DNA of 63,150 bases, the filler included, from Octopus bimaculoides (taxonomy: Eukaryota), in NCBI RefSeq assembly GCF_001194135.2. It is 5 parts of 4 records of this genome, joined end to end, with 100 filler letters (N's around TTAATTAATTAA, not from the genome) between each part and the next. Parts side by side here need not be neighbours in the genome. Positions count along the whole stretch, not along the records: positions 29,494 to 55,969 come from NC_068984.1; 4 more parts are not named here. One strand, 5' to 3'. Below are positions 35,739-47,290 of the stretch, in pieces. The translations under genes and the position numbers were made by a program. A model generated the notes under the pieces. It had not been told where the DNA came from. It saw only the letters and a program-made list of their open reading frames with translations, and made no database searches. How positions within the stretch are numbered: position 1 is the first letter of the stretch; each line of letters starts with the position of its first letter.

Positions 35739-36036
35739 CAAGGTGTCCACAAAGTCTGGGTACAAGGGATTAACGCATACTTTAAGAAATTATTATTTTT
35801 TTTATATTTAATTGTTTATGTTATGATTTTATTTACTCCATGTACCCACATGGGAATTAACACATATTTTAAGAAATTATTATTTCTTATATTTAATTGT
35901 TTATGTTATGATTTTATTTACTCCATGTACCCACATGGGGATTAACACATATTTTAAGAAATTATTATTTCTTATATTTAATTGTTTATTTTATGATTTT
36001 ATTTACTCCATGTACCCTGACCTTGTGGACACCCTG
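35739..36036. mobile_element. Tc1/mariner-type MITE with a triplicated core
   Basis: TA-flanked TIRs caaggtgtccacaaagtctgggtaca / tgtaccctgaccttgtggacaccctg enclose three units of about 86 bp. Confidence 0.8.
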
Positions 36037-36637
36037 TAGTTCTGCTTCGATTGCATAATTCGAATACACACACACACACACACACACACTAACCAATATA
36101 CTGAATACTCTTTCCCTTACGTTGTAAAATCAAACCTACCCACTTACATATGTTGTGCCTTTATTCTTCTATTTCACTTAATCATAACTTTACTTATACC
36201 GAGAGTTGTATGTAGGTAGATGAGCAGGTGGCCTTTCGTTCTTTGTCCAAATACATATCGGTAGGATTATAGAAACAAATGTAGTATTAGCATATCAAAA
36301 GCCGGTATGTTATTTAACATTGTTAGAAATATAAACGTGTAATTTTTTTAAACACTAAGCAGTTAAGAGTGGCACTGTTTTCACTTAATAATAAAGAACG
36401 CTGCAACTGTCTGTTTTGAGTCAGATTTCACACTGCCACCATCATTCTCTTTCTCTCCATTTCTCTCACCGTCATTGTATCTCACTCCATTTCTCTCTGT
36501 CTCTCACGCAGTCTCTCTCTTTCTTTATGTATGTATACACACACACACACACACACGTATATAGTTATATATATATATCTATGTATGTGTATGTATATAT
36601 GTGTACATATACATACACATGTGTATACACATGCATA

Positions 36638-36802
36638 CAGGTGTGGCTGTGTGGTAAGAAGTTTGCTTTTCAAATGCATGGTTCTGGGTTCAGTCCCACA
36701 ACGTGACACCTTGGGTAAGTGTTTTCCACTTATAGCCTCGGGCCAACCAAAGCCTTGTTAGTGGATTTGGTAGACTGAAACTGAAAGAATCCCGTCGTTA
36801 TA

Positions 36803-36881
<79 letters not shown>

Positions 36882-37100
36882 TCGTTTCTGTGCATCTTTG
36901 CATCTGTGTCTGTCTCCCACTTCCGCTTGACAACCGGTGCTGGTGTGTTTACGTCCCCATAACTTCGTAGTTCGGCAAAAGTAGACGATAGAATAAGTAC
37001 CAAGGTGAAAACAAAAACTGGGATCGATTCATCCGACAAAAATTCTTTAAGGTAGTACTCCAGCATGGCCGCAGTCAAATGACTGAAGCAAGTAAAAGAC
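36638..37100 (+). mobile_element. SINE family 1, full length
   Basis: Head ggtgtggctgtgtggtaag...ggttcagtcc, long (TG)n, and tail ccagcatggccgcagtcaaatgactgaa. Confidence 0.85.
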
Positions 37101-37564
37101 AAATGATATATATGCATACATGTGTGGGTGTGTGCATATGTGTGTGATTCTTAATGTGTGTCTCATGCTCTGTCTGCATTCCATTATTCCAGAGAGAATA
37201 GAAAGAGAGAAAGACAGAAAAATAGAAGGATTGAAGAGAGACTGCACGAGGAAGAAAAACAGATCATAACGTAACACAAACGTACCGCCACTATCATCAA
37301 TATTGCTTCTCACTTTCTCTTTCTCTCTCGGTTTCCCCTCTCTCTGTCTCTCTACACACACTCACTCACACACATCCACAAATACACACGCATAATATTC
37401 CTCTCTTTGTATGTATCCTTCATTCGCTACTGTCTCTCTAGTCTATTAATTCCTAAAAACTGACAGAAAGACAGTCAAAGAAAGAGAGAGAGGGGGGGAA
37501 AGAGAAGAGGTCGAAGAGAGGAAGAAGGGGAATCAGAAGGTGGAGAGGAAAAGAGACAGAAGGT

Positions 37565-37601
<37 letters not shown>

Positions 37602-38148
37602 AAGAGGATACTAAACTATTCCATTTCAACTTTGTCTTTCTACATCTTCCTTCTTGCTATACATTAGGGTGTTGTCTAAGGAAAATTTGAATATAATTTG
37701 TTTAAATAAATGTTATATGAACCCGCATTATGAGGTGACGAATATTAACATATATATAGTTTTGTGGGTGTTTATTTTGTAGTTCCTGAAAATTAGGCGA
37801 ACGTGTATACATACATATATATATATATATGTATATATATNNNNNNNNNNNNNNNNNNNNNNNNNNNNNNNNNNNNNNNNNNNNNNNNNNNNNNNNNNNN
37901 NNNNNNNNNNNNNNNNNNNNNNNNNNNNNNNNNNNNNNNNNNNNNNNNNNNNNNNNNNNNNNNNNNNNNNNNNNNNNNNNNNNNNNNNNNNNNNNNNNNN
38001 NNNNNNNNNNNNNNNNNNNNNNNNNNNNNNNNNNNNNNNNNNNNNNNNNNNNNNNNNNNNNNNNNNNNNNNNNNNNNNNNNNNNNNNNNNNNNNNNNNNN
38101 NNNNNNNNNNNNNNNNNNNNNNNTATATATATATAGAAAGAGAGAGCG

Positions 38149-38182
<34 letters not shown>

Positions 38183-38215
38183 GCAGGCAGATAGATAGAT
38201 AGGTAGGTAGGTAGG

Positions 38216-38281
<66 letters not shown>

Positions 38282-38481
38282 TGTACATGTGTGTGTTTGT
38301 GAGTCTGTATGTCTATGTATGTATGTATGTATGTATGTATGAACGTATATTTTCATATAGTAAAGACAATTTCAGATTAAACAGGATTGTTCAATCCTCT
38401 TCGTAGAAAACAAATTTATTGTTCTTTAACAAGAATAGTATAGACGCTGACTTCGAAGTTTTGGTGAGCTAAGCAGTTAGC

Positions 38482-38558
<77 letters not shown>

Positions 38559-38569
38559 ATATATATATA

Positions 38570-38612
38570 TACACGAGGGGTATCTGAAAAGTTTTGAGCC
38601 TAACCTAGAATC
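38570..38612 (+). mobile_element. Mariner-like terminal fragment
   Basis: cgagggg.tatctgaaaagtt resembles the left TIR at 50096. Confidence 0.4.
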
Positions 38613-39591
38613 GGGGCTGCTATATAGTTGAAACAATTTTTTTCTGGTAAGTACAGTCTTTTCTGAGTATTCTTGCTCATTTTCATGATTCTGATATTTT
38701 AATTTTTTTTTTTTTGTTGTTGTTGCAGAATATATATATATATATATATATATATANNNNNNNNNNNNNNNNNNNNNNNNNNNNNNNNNNNNNNNNNNNN
38801 NNNNNNNNNNNNNNNNNNNNNNNNNNNNNNNNNNNNNNNNNNNNNNNNNNNNNNNNNNNNNNNNNNNNNNNNNNNNNNNNNNNNNNNNNNNNNNNNNNNN
38901 NNNNNNNNNNNNNNNNNNNNNNNNNNNNNNNNNNNNNNNNNNNNNNNNNNNNNNNNNNNNNNNNNNNNNNNNNNNNNNNNNNNNNNNNNNNNNNNNNNNN
39001 NNNNNNNNNNNNNNNNNNNNNNNNNNNNNNNNNNNNNNNNNNNNNNNNNNNNNNNNNNNNNNNNNNNNNNNNNNNNNNNNNNNNNNNNNNNNNNNNNNNN
39101 NNNNNNNNNNNNNNNNNNNNNNNNNNNNNNNNNNNNNNNNNNNNNNNNNNNNNNNNNNNNNNNNNNNNNNNNNNNNNNNNNNNNNNNNNNNNNNNNNNNN
39201 NNNNNNNNNNNNNNNNNNNNNNNNNNNNNNNNNNNNNNNNNNNNNNNNNNNNNNNNNNNNNNNNNNNNNNNNNNNNNNNNNNNNNNNNNNNNNNNNNNNN
39301 NNNNNNNNNNNNNNNNNNNNNNNNNNNNNNNNNNNNNNNNNNNNNNNNNNNNNNNNNNNNNNNNNNNNNNNNNNNNNNNNNNNNNNNNNNNNNNNNNNNN
39401 NNNNNNNNNNNNNNNNNNNNNNNNNNNNNNNNNNNNNNNNNNNNNNNNNNNNNNNNNNNAATTGGTAGAATATCATAATACTGCCGGTTATTTGTTAATT
39501 CTAAGGGCGAACGAGCTCTATTTTGTACTCTAGTACGTTATTAACGGAATACACCTCAACTATATGTGTGTGTGTGTGTGCACGCGTGCGC

Positions 39592-39628
<37 letters not shown>

Positions 39629-39633
<5 letters not shown>

Positions 39634-40085
39634 GGGACAGAGCGCAAGTTTTGGGCAAACACCTATTTTTTGCCGTCATCCAGTCGGCGGCCAGCCGTGA
39701 GCGGGTGAGGTCGTGAGCTGCGTTCGTCCGTTCAAAGAATTGTACGGCATCTAATGGTAGTGTAGAGAAATAAAATATTAAGAAATATATGTTAGTAATT
39801 ATTTGAGATGGAAATTTTTTATCTCATATAATTTTCTCTTCAATTAAAAACTTGTTCAGACGTGGCAGTGGAAGGATAAGTGACAATAAATATAATGGGG
39901 AAGGCAACTTGAAAAGCTGGGGACAGAATGCAGGTATAGGGCAAATACCTACTTTTCGCCGTCATCCAGTCGGCGACCAGCCGTGAGCAAGTTAGATTGT
40001 GAGTTGCGTTCATCCGTTGAAAGAATTGTACTGCACCTAACGGTAGTGTTGAGAAATAAAATATTAAGAAATATACGTTAGTGAT
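39629..40085 (+). repeat. Diverged direct repeat of about 170 bp (39629-39799 and 39912-40085)
   Basis: ctggggacaga...gccgtcatccagtcggcg.ccagccgtgagc...tgcgttc.tccgtt.aaagaattgtac...gagaaataaaatattaagaaatata.gttagt occurs twice. Confidence 0.85.
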
Positions 40086-40576
40086 AAACTACGAACTAAT
40101 ATGACTTGTCACGTTTGTAAATATAAGTTAATTTATTTGGAATAACTTGTAAGCACTCGTTCATTTTGTTGTGGGGCATTATGATATAGGTCTTCCCCTG
40201 TTGTGTCGGTAGCCCTGACAAAGCTGTAATATCATGTTTATAACTTCTCCGTTTTTATAATGTTATGTGCTTTGTATACTTATTTTGTGATCAAATATGA
40301 TGCCTTGATGACTAATTCTTCCTTTTTTTCTTTCAGAACTGTTTGTGCAGGTGCGAAGTGGCTTTTATGATGTGTTCTTCCTAGACCTGTGAAATAGCAT
40401 TATCTTCTTCAGGTAGTTTATAACACAGATTAAGAAAAGATTTTCATGTGACTATTGTTGACTTCATTTCCAATCAAATCGTGGGAGCCAAACTACCCAT
40501 AAGGGAAACGCATTTTTATTTACAACAATAATTTCTATAGAATCAAAAACATAATGTGAACACTGAATGTTGAACA

Positions 40577-41322
40577 TTATTTTTGCGCAAGAGAGGATTT
40601 AGTGGCAGTTGGGTATATTGTACGGTTTTCGGTAACGATCTGTAAAACAAATTGTTTCTCAGTTTCATCTTTTGTGAGAATTTTATTGTAATCCTGAAAG
40701 AGTTTGAAACTTCATTCTGCAACATCATTCACAACAACTGTCTTCTCAAGTTTTTCAAGTCCACTTTTGTAACCAGGATCATCCTTCCATGTTGAAGGGT
40801 CTTTGTCGAAGAAATCGATGCTGATAGAAAGTCTCGTGAAGAAAGTTTTTGTACCAGGAGTTAGAAAAGACGAAAACTCGATGTTTGTAAAGGAAGAAAA
40901 GTCATTTTGGTGCAGAATGTACCTCTTCAGTTGACTTTTTTCTCCTCCATTTTCTTCACTTTTGCATGCTTCCAGCATAACTTGAGCAATATTTGGTTTC
41001 ACCGCTGTTGGAATATTGTCATCAAATATGGATAGAGCCACAGTTTCGGGAGTTAAGTACCACAGATGGTTGGAAAATGTTTTCGCAGCAGCCTTACTGA
41101 TTTCTGGATCAATATCCTGATAATTTATCAGTTGACGCATGAATAGAAAATCATGATAAGGTGCTTTAATTGCTTCTGATGACAGAAACCAGACTCGGAC
41201 ATACAAAAAAAATACATATTCTTCTTAAAGAGTTCTTCTCCCCTGGAGATAACTGAAATTGATTTTGAAACAGGTATATCTTGAATACGTAAATTGCTTT
41301 TGACATCTACCTAGCATGATTT
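40577..41322 (-). pseudogene. C-terminal remnant of a DDE-type DNA transposase, superfamily unassigned
   Basis: HAR*MSKAIYVFKIYLF...(frameshift) YVRVWF...FSNHLWYLTPE...DPSTW...VVNDVAE*SFKLFQDYNKILTKDE...KQFVLQIV. I recall this motif series from invertebrate transposase-like proteins. Confidence 0.7.
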
Positions 41323-42698
41323 ACAGTTCCTGATGTACGAAACGATATCCCGCTTAATCCCGTTCTCGACTAAAGGCAGTGCTCCAGCATGGGCGCAATC
41401 AAGTGACTGAAACAAATAAAAGAATAAAAGAATAATAATCTAACAGGTATTCCAACCGTGACCACCTTGTCTTTTCAGGAGTATGTATGGCAACGTTATC
41501 CAAGTGTCCTTTCATTATTTATTGAAGACGGTTTTGGTGCTATTTCTAACAGGCCGAAGGATTATGTTACTACTTCTGGTTGCGCTGGTGATAGAGGAAG
41601 TGTTAGCGGAAGAAGAGATGTCTTTTTCAGGCACGAGGTTATGGATTTTAATTAAAATAGTGTTGTGTCCATTTATTCCCTGCGTTCGTTTCCTCTGCGT
41701 GGCATCTAGTGCTTTCTATTATCGGTCCGAGTCGACTAAAGTCCAGTGAGTAAAATATGGTAGACGGAAACTGCGTGGAAACTTGTCAGATAGATTGTTT
41801 CTGTAATTTCAAAGTCCAGTCATTATCACAGTGTCACACTGATTCCGCTTGAAAATTACGTTGAAGATATCAGTTTCTATGGGATATTCAGCCACAAATA
41901 CTTCAATTGATCGAACGAATACTCATCGTAGAAACAAACGGAAATCCGTTTACTTCATTCTTTGTAACTATAACAGTATAACTGATGGCTATTACAATAC
42001 CGTATGTACTCCAGCCCAATCTTCGCAACAACCATGAAACATTATTTGCTATGAAGTAATTAATATCATTATATTGTCAACCAGCACGCATTAATATGTG
42101 TTGGTTGACAATATTATGATATTAATTACTTATCGCGTTGAGCTTGTAACAAAAACAAAAGAAATTTTAAATTAAAAATTCAAGTATTTACTTTATGTGT
42201 AGGGTTAAATGTGCAGGACACAATTCTTTCTACAGATAGCCCAGAGAAGATATTTAACGCACATCGCTACTTAACGCTAGTTTATGTGTTGATTAGAAGT
42301 TTCCACAGCAAAATTGCTTAAAATAGAATGAGTATTTTTTTAATTAGCTCTGACATCATCTCATGCAGTATGAGAAATGATGAACAAAGAGAAATGGCTT
42401 GGTGAGAATACCATCATGCAGGCGATAGCTGGATGCAAGAGTGTGTAATATTTAGATATAATGCTGAGGTACTACTGGATAGGATATGATGTAATAGGAT
42501 AGGAGAGGAAGTAACAGCATAGGAAAGGTTAATAGTATAGACATGCGTATAGCATAGCGTCGGCGAAAGTGAAAACATGTGTCTCAAACTTAAGAAGAGC
42601 AAAGCTTACGGAAACAAGGCATTACTGAAAATTTTGTTAAAACGTGTAATTCTACAACACGAAAATTATTTATCATTCACATTCACGTTACATGGAAC

Positions 42699-43125
42699 CA
42701 GCGCTGGATTAACCATTAAGCAAAATAAGCATGTACTTAGGGCATCAAAGGAAGAAGGGGGCACCACAGAAATGATTATTGGTATACGGCACAAAAGAAA
42801 TCACTTTAAACTTACTAAAATGATATTCGGGATGTCTTTATCTCTGTTAAATATAGATGCAGATGTGTTACCTAAGATTAACTTTGAGGATCTTATCAAA
42901 GATTTTGCAATTCAAAAATGTAGGAGGAAACGTTTCAAAAACAAATAAAGTGGAAGTATACAAAAATGAACAATATTTTTCCCTCTTTCTGTTTTGTTTC
43001 GTTTTGAAAAATAGAAAAATATTTTATGGTTTGTTTTTGTTTATATTTTGAATTACATAATTTTTTATGGGGGAACCAAAATCTTTTAAGTGCTTAGGGC
43101 CTCGATGGGTTTTGATCCGGCCCTG
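42699..43125 (+). mobile_element. Non-autonomous hAT (Tip100-like) element with an 8-bp TSD
   Basis: TIRs cagcgctggatt / gatccggccctg and a perfect TSD CATGGAAC (42691-42698, 43126-43133). The internal LSLLNIDADVLPKINFEDLIKDFAIQKCRRK resembles the hAT C-terminal dimerisation region. Confidence 0.88.
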
Positions 43126-43232
43126 CATGGAACTCAATGAGCATGGAAGTCACTGGGAAATAGGCTCTGTGTTGGCTGGATCTCAATTTATGGCAAAACT
43201 TAAAGAACATGATGGTTCAGTTAAATAGGTAG

Positions 43233-43356
43233 TTGGCGTGGATGTGTGGTAAGAAGTTTGATTCCAAGCCAAATGGTTCCGGGTTCAGTCCCATAGCTTC
43301 AGACCGACCAGGTTCTTGTAAGTGGATTTGGTAAATAGAAACTAAAAGACCGCCGA

Positions 43357-43402
<46 letters not shown>

Positions 43403-43592
43403 CCCCTACCAGCGCACGAAAACTGGTATTGGTATGTTTACGTCCAAATTTAGCGGTTCGGCAAACGAGACCGATAGAATAAGCGTCAGGCTTAAAATAT
43501 AAAATAAGTACTGGAGTCATTTCATTCGACTAAAGATTCTGCGAGGCTATGCTGCAACATGGGCCCAGTCTAATGACTGAAACAAGTAAAAA
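43233..43592 (+). mobile_element. SINE family 1, diverged
   Basis: tggatgtgtggtaagaag...ggttcagtcc...gcggttcggcaaa...cagtctaatgactgaaac. Confidence 0.75.
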
Positions 43593-43658
43593 GGAAACGA
43601 AAGATAGATAGATAGATGGACGGACGGACGGACGGACGGACGGACGGACGGACGGACG

Positions 43659-43724
<66 letters not shown>

Positions 43725-45084
43725 TAGATAGATAGATAGATAGATAGAATATATACATATTATATTTAAAAATACATACACACTCACAGATATGTATCGA
43801 TACATAAATGTGTGTGATGGAAAGACAGATATATATATGAACGTATATATATATATATGGATGTGTGTGTGTACATGTATGCATGCGTATACACATACGC
43901 GCACGCACGCACGCACTCACACACACGCACGTACATACATGCTTGTGCGCACACATGTGCACACACACAATGGTTCTGAATCATTACAAACTTCGCTTTA
44001 CAGATTATCTATTGAATTTCAGTCATCGGTGACATGAAACCTAGCGTTCGGGTTCAAAAGTCTACAGCTTCTAATAAAGTATAACGTACTTTATGCTATG
44101 TATTGAATATTTTGCTCGCTATTCAAGAAACAGAAAATGTGGGGAGATGTATTTAACAGTTCAGACACAGGAAAACATAAAACGGCAGAACCCCCCCACC
44201 CAAAAAAAACCCCAGCAACTGAGAAGCACAACTGGAGGAAGTAGTGAATAACGTAACCAAAGAGAGAGGATATTAGAATAACACATTGCAGCTACCGGAG
44301 GGGAAGAGAGAAAAATGAAACAAAGCAGTTAGAGGTTGTGACACATAGAAAGAAAAGACATCTAACAATTACTACCGACATGTAGGTACGACTCATTGTG
44401 ACTTTCCTTTGAGTCACACATACCATGTGACTAAACGAAAAAAGCAGACGACACATCACATGATTACAGACAGAAGTATTACAAAGAAAGCCATTTTATT
44501 TACAAGTAATTTGATTTTTTTAATAGTTATCCGTTGTTATTTTATTATATTATTGTACATTAAACGTATTTGAGAGAGAAAATATTACTGGAAAAGAAAA
44601 AAGGAACCAATGTTAATAGATGAGTGAAAGTGGTTTCATAAATCTTATATTTATATATATAGAAATATCATGAGCGTATATTCTTGGTGTTAGATGAGTG
44701 CAGCTTACCCACCCATTAATACTAAGGCCCACGCCATGATATTAAGTATCATAACAGGAAATAAATTTTTCTGATTCATAATGAAGTATTATGGCAGTGG
44801 GTATTAGATAGTACTGCACACTCCACGGCTGACTGTACCATGCATGCTATGACAATTGATGGATGGTGGGATGGTTATGGGTAAAAAAATCACGTCGTCA
44901 AAGAAAAAAATCAGTTTTGGTCAAGCAAAAAGTCACAGGAAAAAAATGTTGGATTTCATTTCAATATCACAAATAATAAATCAAAAAAATAATATTTAGA
45001 GTCACTTATTACCTCATAATACATGACTTTTATTCAATGGCATAACTCATACTTGAAAAGCAGATACATTTTATGCAATATAAG

Positions 45085-45441
45085 CACAGGTATGGCTGTG
45101 TAGTAGAAGTTTGCTTGCCAACCACATGGCTTCGGTTTCAGTTCCACTGCATCGAACCTTGGGCAAATATTTTCTACTTATAGCCCCAAAATTTTGTAAG
45201 TGGATTTGGTAGACGGAAAGTGAAAGAAACAGGTCGTACATGTATATATGTATGTATATATATATATATATATATNNNNNNNNNNNNNNNNNNNNNNNNN
45301 NNNNNNNNNNNNNNNNNNNNNNNNNNNNNNNNNNNNNNNNNNNNNNNNNNNNNNNNNNNNNNNNNNNNNNNNNNNNNNNNNNNNNNNNNNNNNNNNNNNN
45401 NNNNNNNNNNNNNNNNNNNNNNNNNNNNNNNNNNNNNNNNN

Positions 45442-45488
<47 letters not shown>

Positions 45489-45685
45489 TTGTCTGTCTCT
45501 GTGTTTGTGCGTGTCCCCTCACCTCGTAACTTAGCAGTTCGGCAGAGAACGGTAGAATAAATATCAGACTAAAAGACAAATTTTAAAAAACTAATGATAA
45601 ATACTAGGGTCGATTTGTTCGATTGTAGCTCTTAAGCCCCTGTATAGCTGCAGTCCAATGATTGAAACAGGTGAAAGATAAAAGA
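45085..45685 (+). mobile_element. SINE family 1 spanning an N gap
   Basis: Head ggtatggctgtgtagtag..., gtggatttggtagacggaaa, and tail cagtccaatgattgaaac. Confidence 0.7.
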
Positions 45686-46446
45686 TGTCTTTTAAAAAAA
45701 TAATGAAACAAAAATACTGCTAAATTCGTCTTTTACTGAAGTTTCCTGTGACATTTTGTCATAGGTTTGGAAAGATAATGAGAGATTGACAAAATCAGGA
45801 CTCAAGGCTTCGCGACATTCCGCCAATGCATAACTTGCGTTCATTTTTGAGGTTGAAACTTCGTAAAACTGAATGGAAAACTCTCTAACTGGAGCTTGTT
45901 TTTTCTTATAATGCTACTCTAGTTGTATTGTGATATACAATATTGTAGTTTGTTCTCGTATTAACTAATACATTTTAGATGCAATGATTAAGTCAGATCG
46001 AAATCGTATTACGTAAATATTACGTAGATTTTGCGTTATTTAAATATGTGAAAAGCCTAAACCCTGAACGTTTGTTTGTTTATTTTTAATAATACTCGTG
46101 CCAGATTTGTAGGTTAAGCACAGCAGCATATCGTATCCCTTGTGACAATAACCGCTGTACGCCTCTTGTGTGTACGTTGTGTGTGTGTGTGTGTGTGTGT
46201 GTGTTCACTATTCAGATATTAGTGTGACGAAGAAGTATCACAATAGTAATACATAGACTAAATTCGCTAGCACTTATATCAGCTGTTACAATAAATGTAA
46301 AAATGAAGTATAAATAAATGATTATTTCTTCCATGAATGCGATATAATCGTTTAGTTGACCTTTCGAGATAAAAAATATCCAATAGCGAGTGATTGATAC
46401 GATTGATGACTTCAAGGAAATTGAGAGAGAGAGAGGGGGGAGAGAG

Positions 46447-46511
<65 letters not shown>

Positions 46512-46979
46512 TTAATACTGAAGGTCATTAACCGAGTTACTTAAACAGCTTACTTCCGGTCGTTGAACTCTGGTCATCGAAAACCTACCACCAATGTTCA
46601 CGAATAAAATATTACTCATACTTCTTTGATCGTCAGTCTCAGGGAGAGGCGAAAAGTAAAGAGGGAAAAAAATCATGACAATGAAGAGAAAGAGAAGTGT
46701 TTGTGTGAAAAAGGCTAGCGCCACACATTAAGCAAACTAGGCGATCGGACAAGGACGTTAAATCCAAGAGACACCATACAAATTTTGAATAATTTGTATA
46801 AGATTTCTTCAACTAATGAAAACTCTGTAATAAAAAGAACGGGTGAAGCCACTCCCGGAACAATGATTTAGTAGTAGCAGAAAATTGACCCAATAACTCA
46901 CTTATTGATACAATATGTTCAGCTGATGAACTATTGATACAATACTGAACTAATATAATATATGGGCTAATATAATAAT

Positions 46980-47290
46980 ATATGGCTTAGTGGTTAGGGC
47001 ATTCGGCTCACAATCGTAAAGGCGTGAGTTCAGTTCCCGGTAACGCGTTGTGTCCTTGAACAAAACACTTTATTTCACGTTGCTCCAGTCCACTCAGCTG
47101 GCAAAAATGAGTAGTACCTGTATTTCAAAGAGCCAACCTTGTCTCACTCTGTGTCACGCTGAATCTCCCTGAGAACTACGTTAAGGGTACACGTGTCTGT
47201 GGAGTACTCAGCCACTTGCACGTTGATTTCAAGAGCAAGCTGTTCCACTGATCGTATCAGCTGGGACGCTCGTCGTCGTAACCGACGGAG
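46980..47290 (+). mobile_element. tRNA-derived SINE family 3
   Basis: A box TGGCTTAGTGG, B box GAGTTCAGTTCC and central ttgtgtccttgaacaaaacactt. A head fragment of the same family lies at about 52910-53010. Confidence 0.8.

Noticed and set aside
35766-36017. Regularly spaced repeats as a CRISPR-like array
   Set aside because: The units are contiguous tandem copies without unique spacers, in a eukaryotic MITE context.
42577-42948. 123-aa ORF as a host gene
   Set aside because: It crosses the hAT element boundary, and only its C-terminus has recognisable (transposase) similarity.
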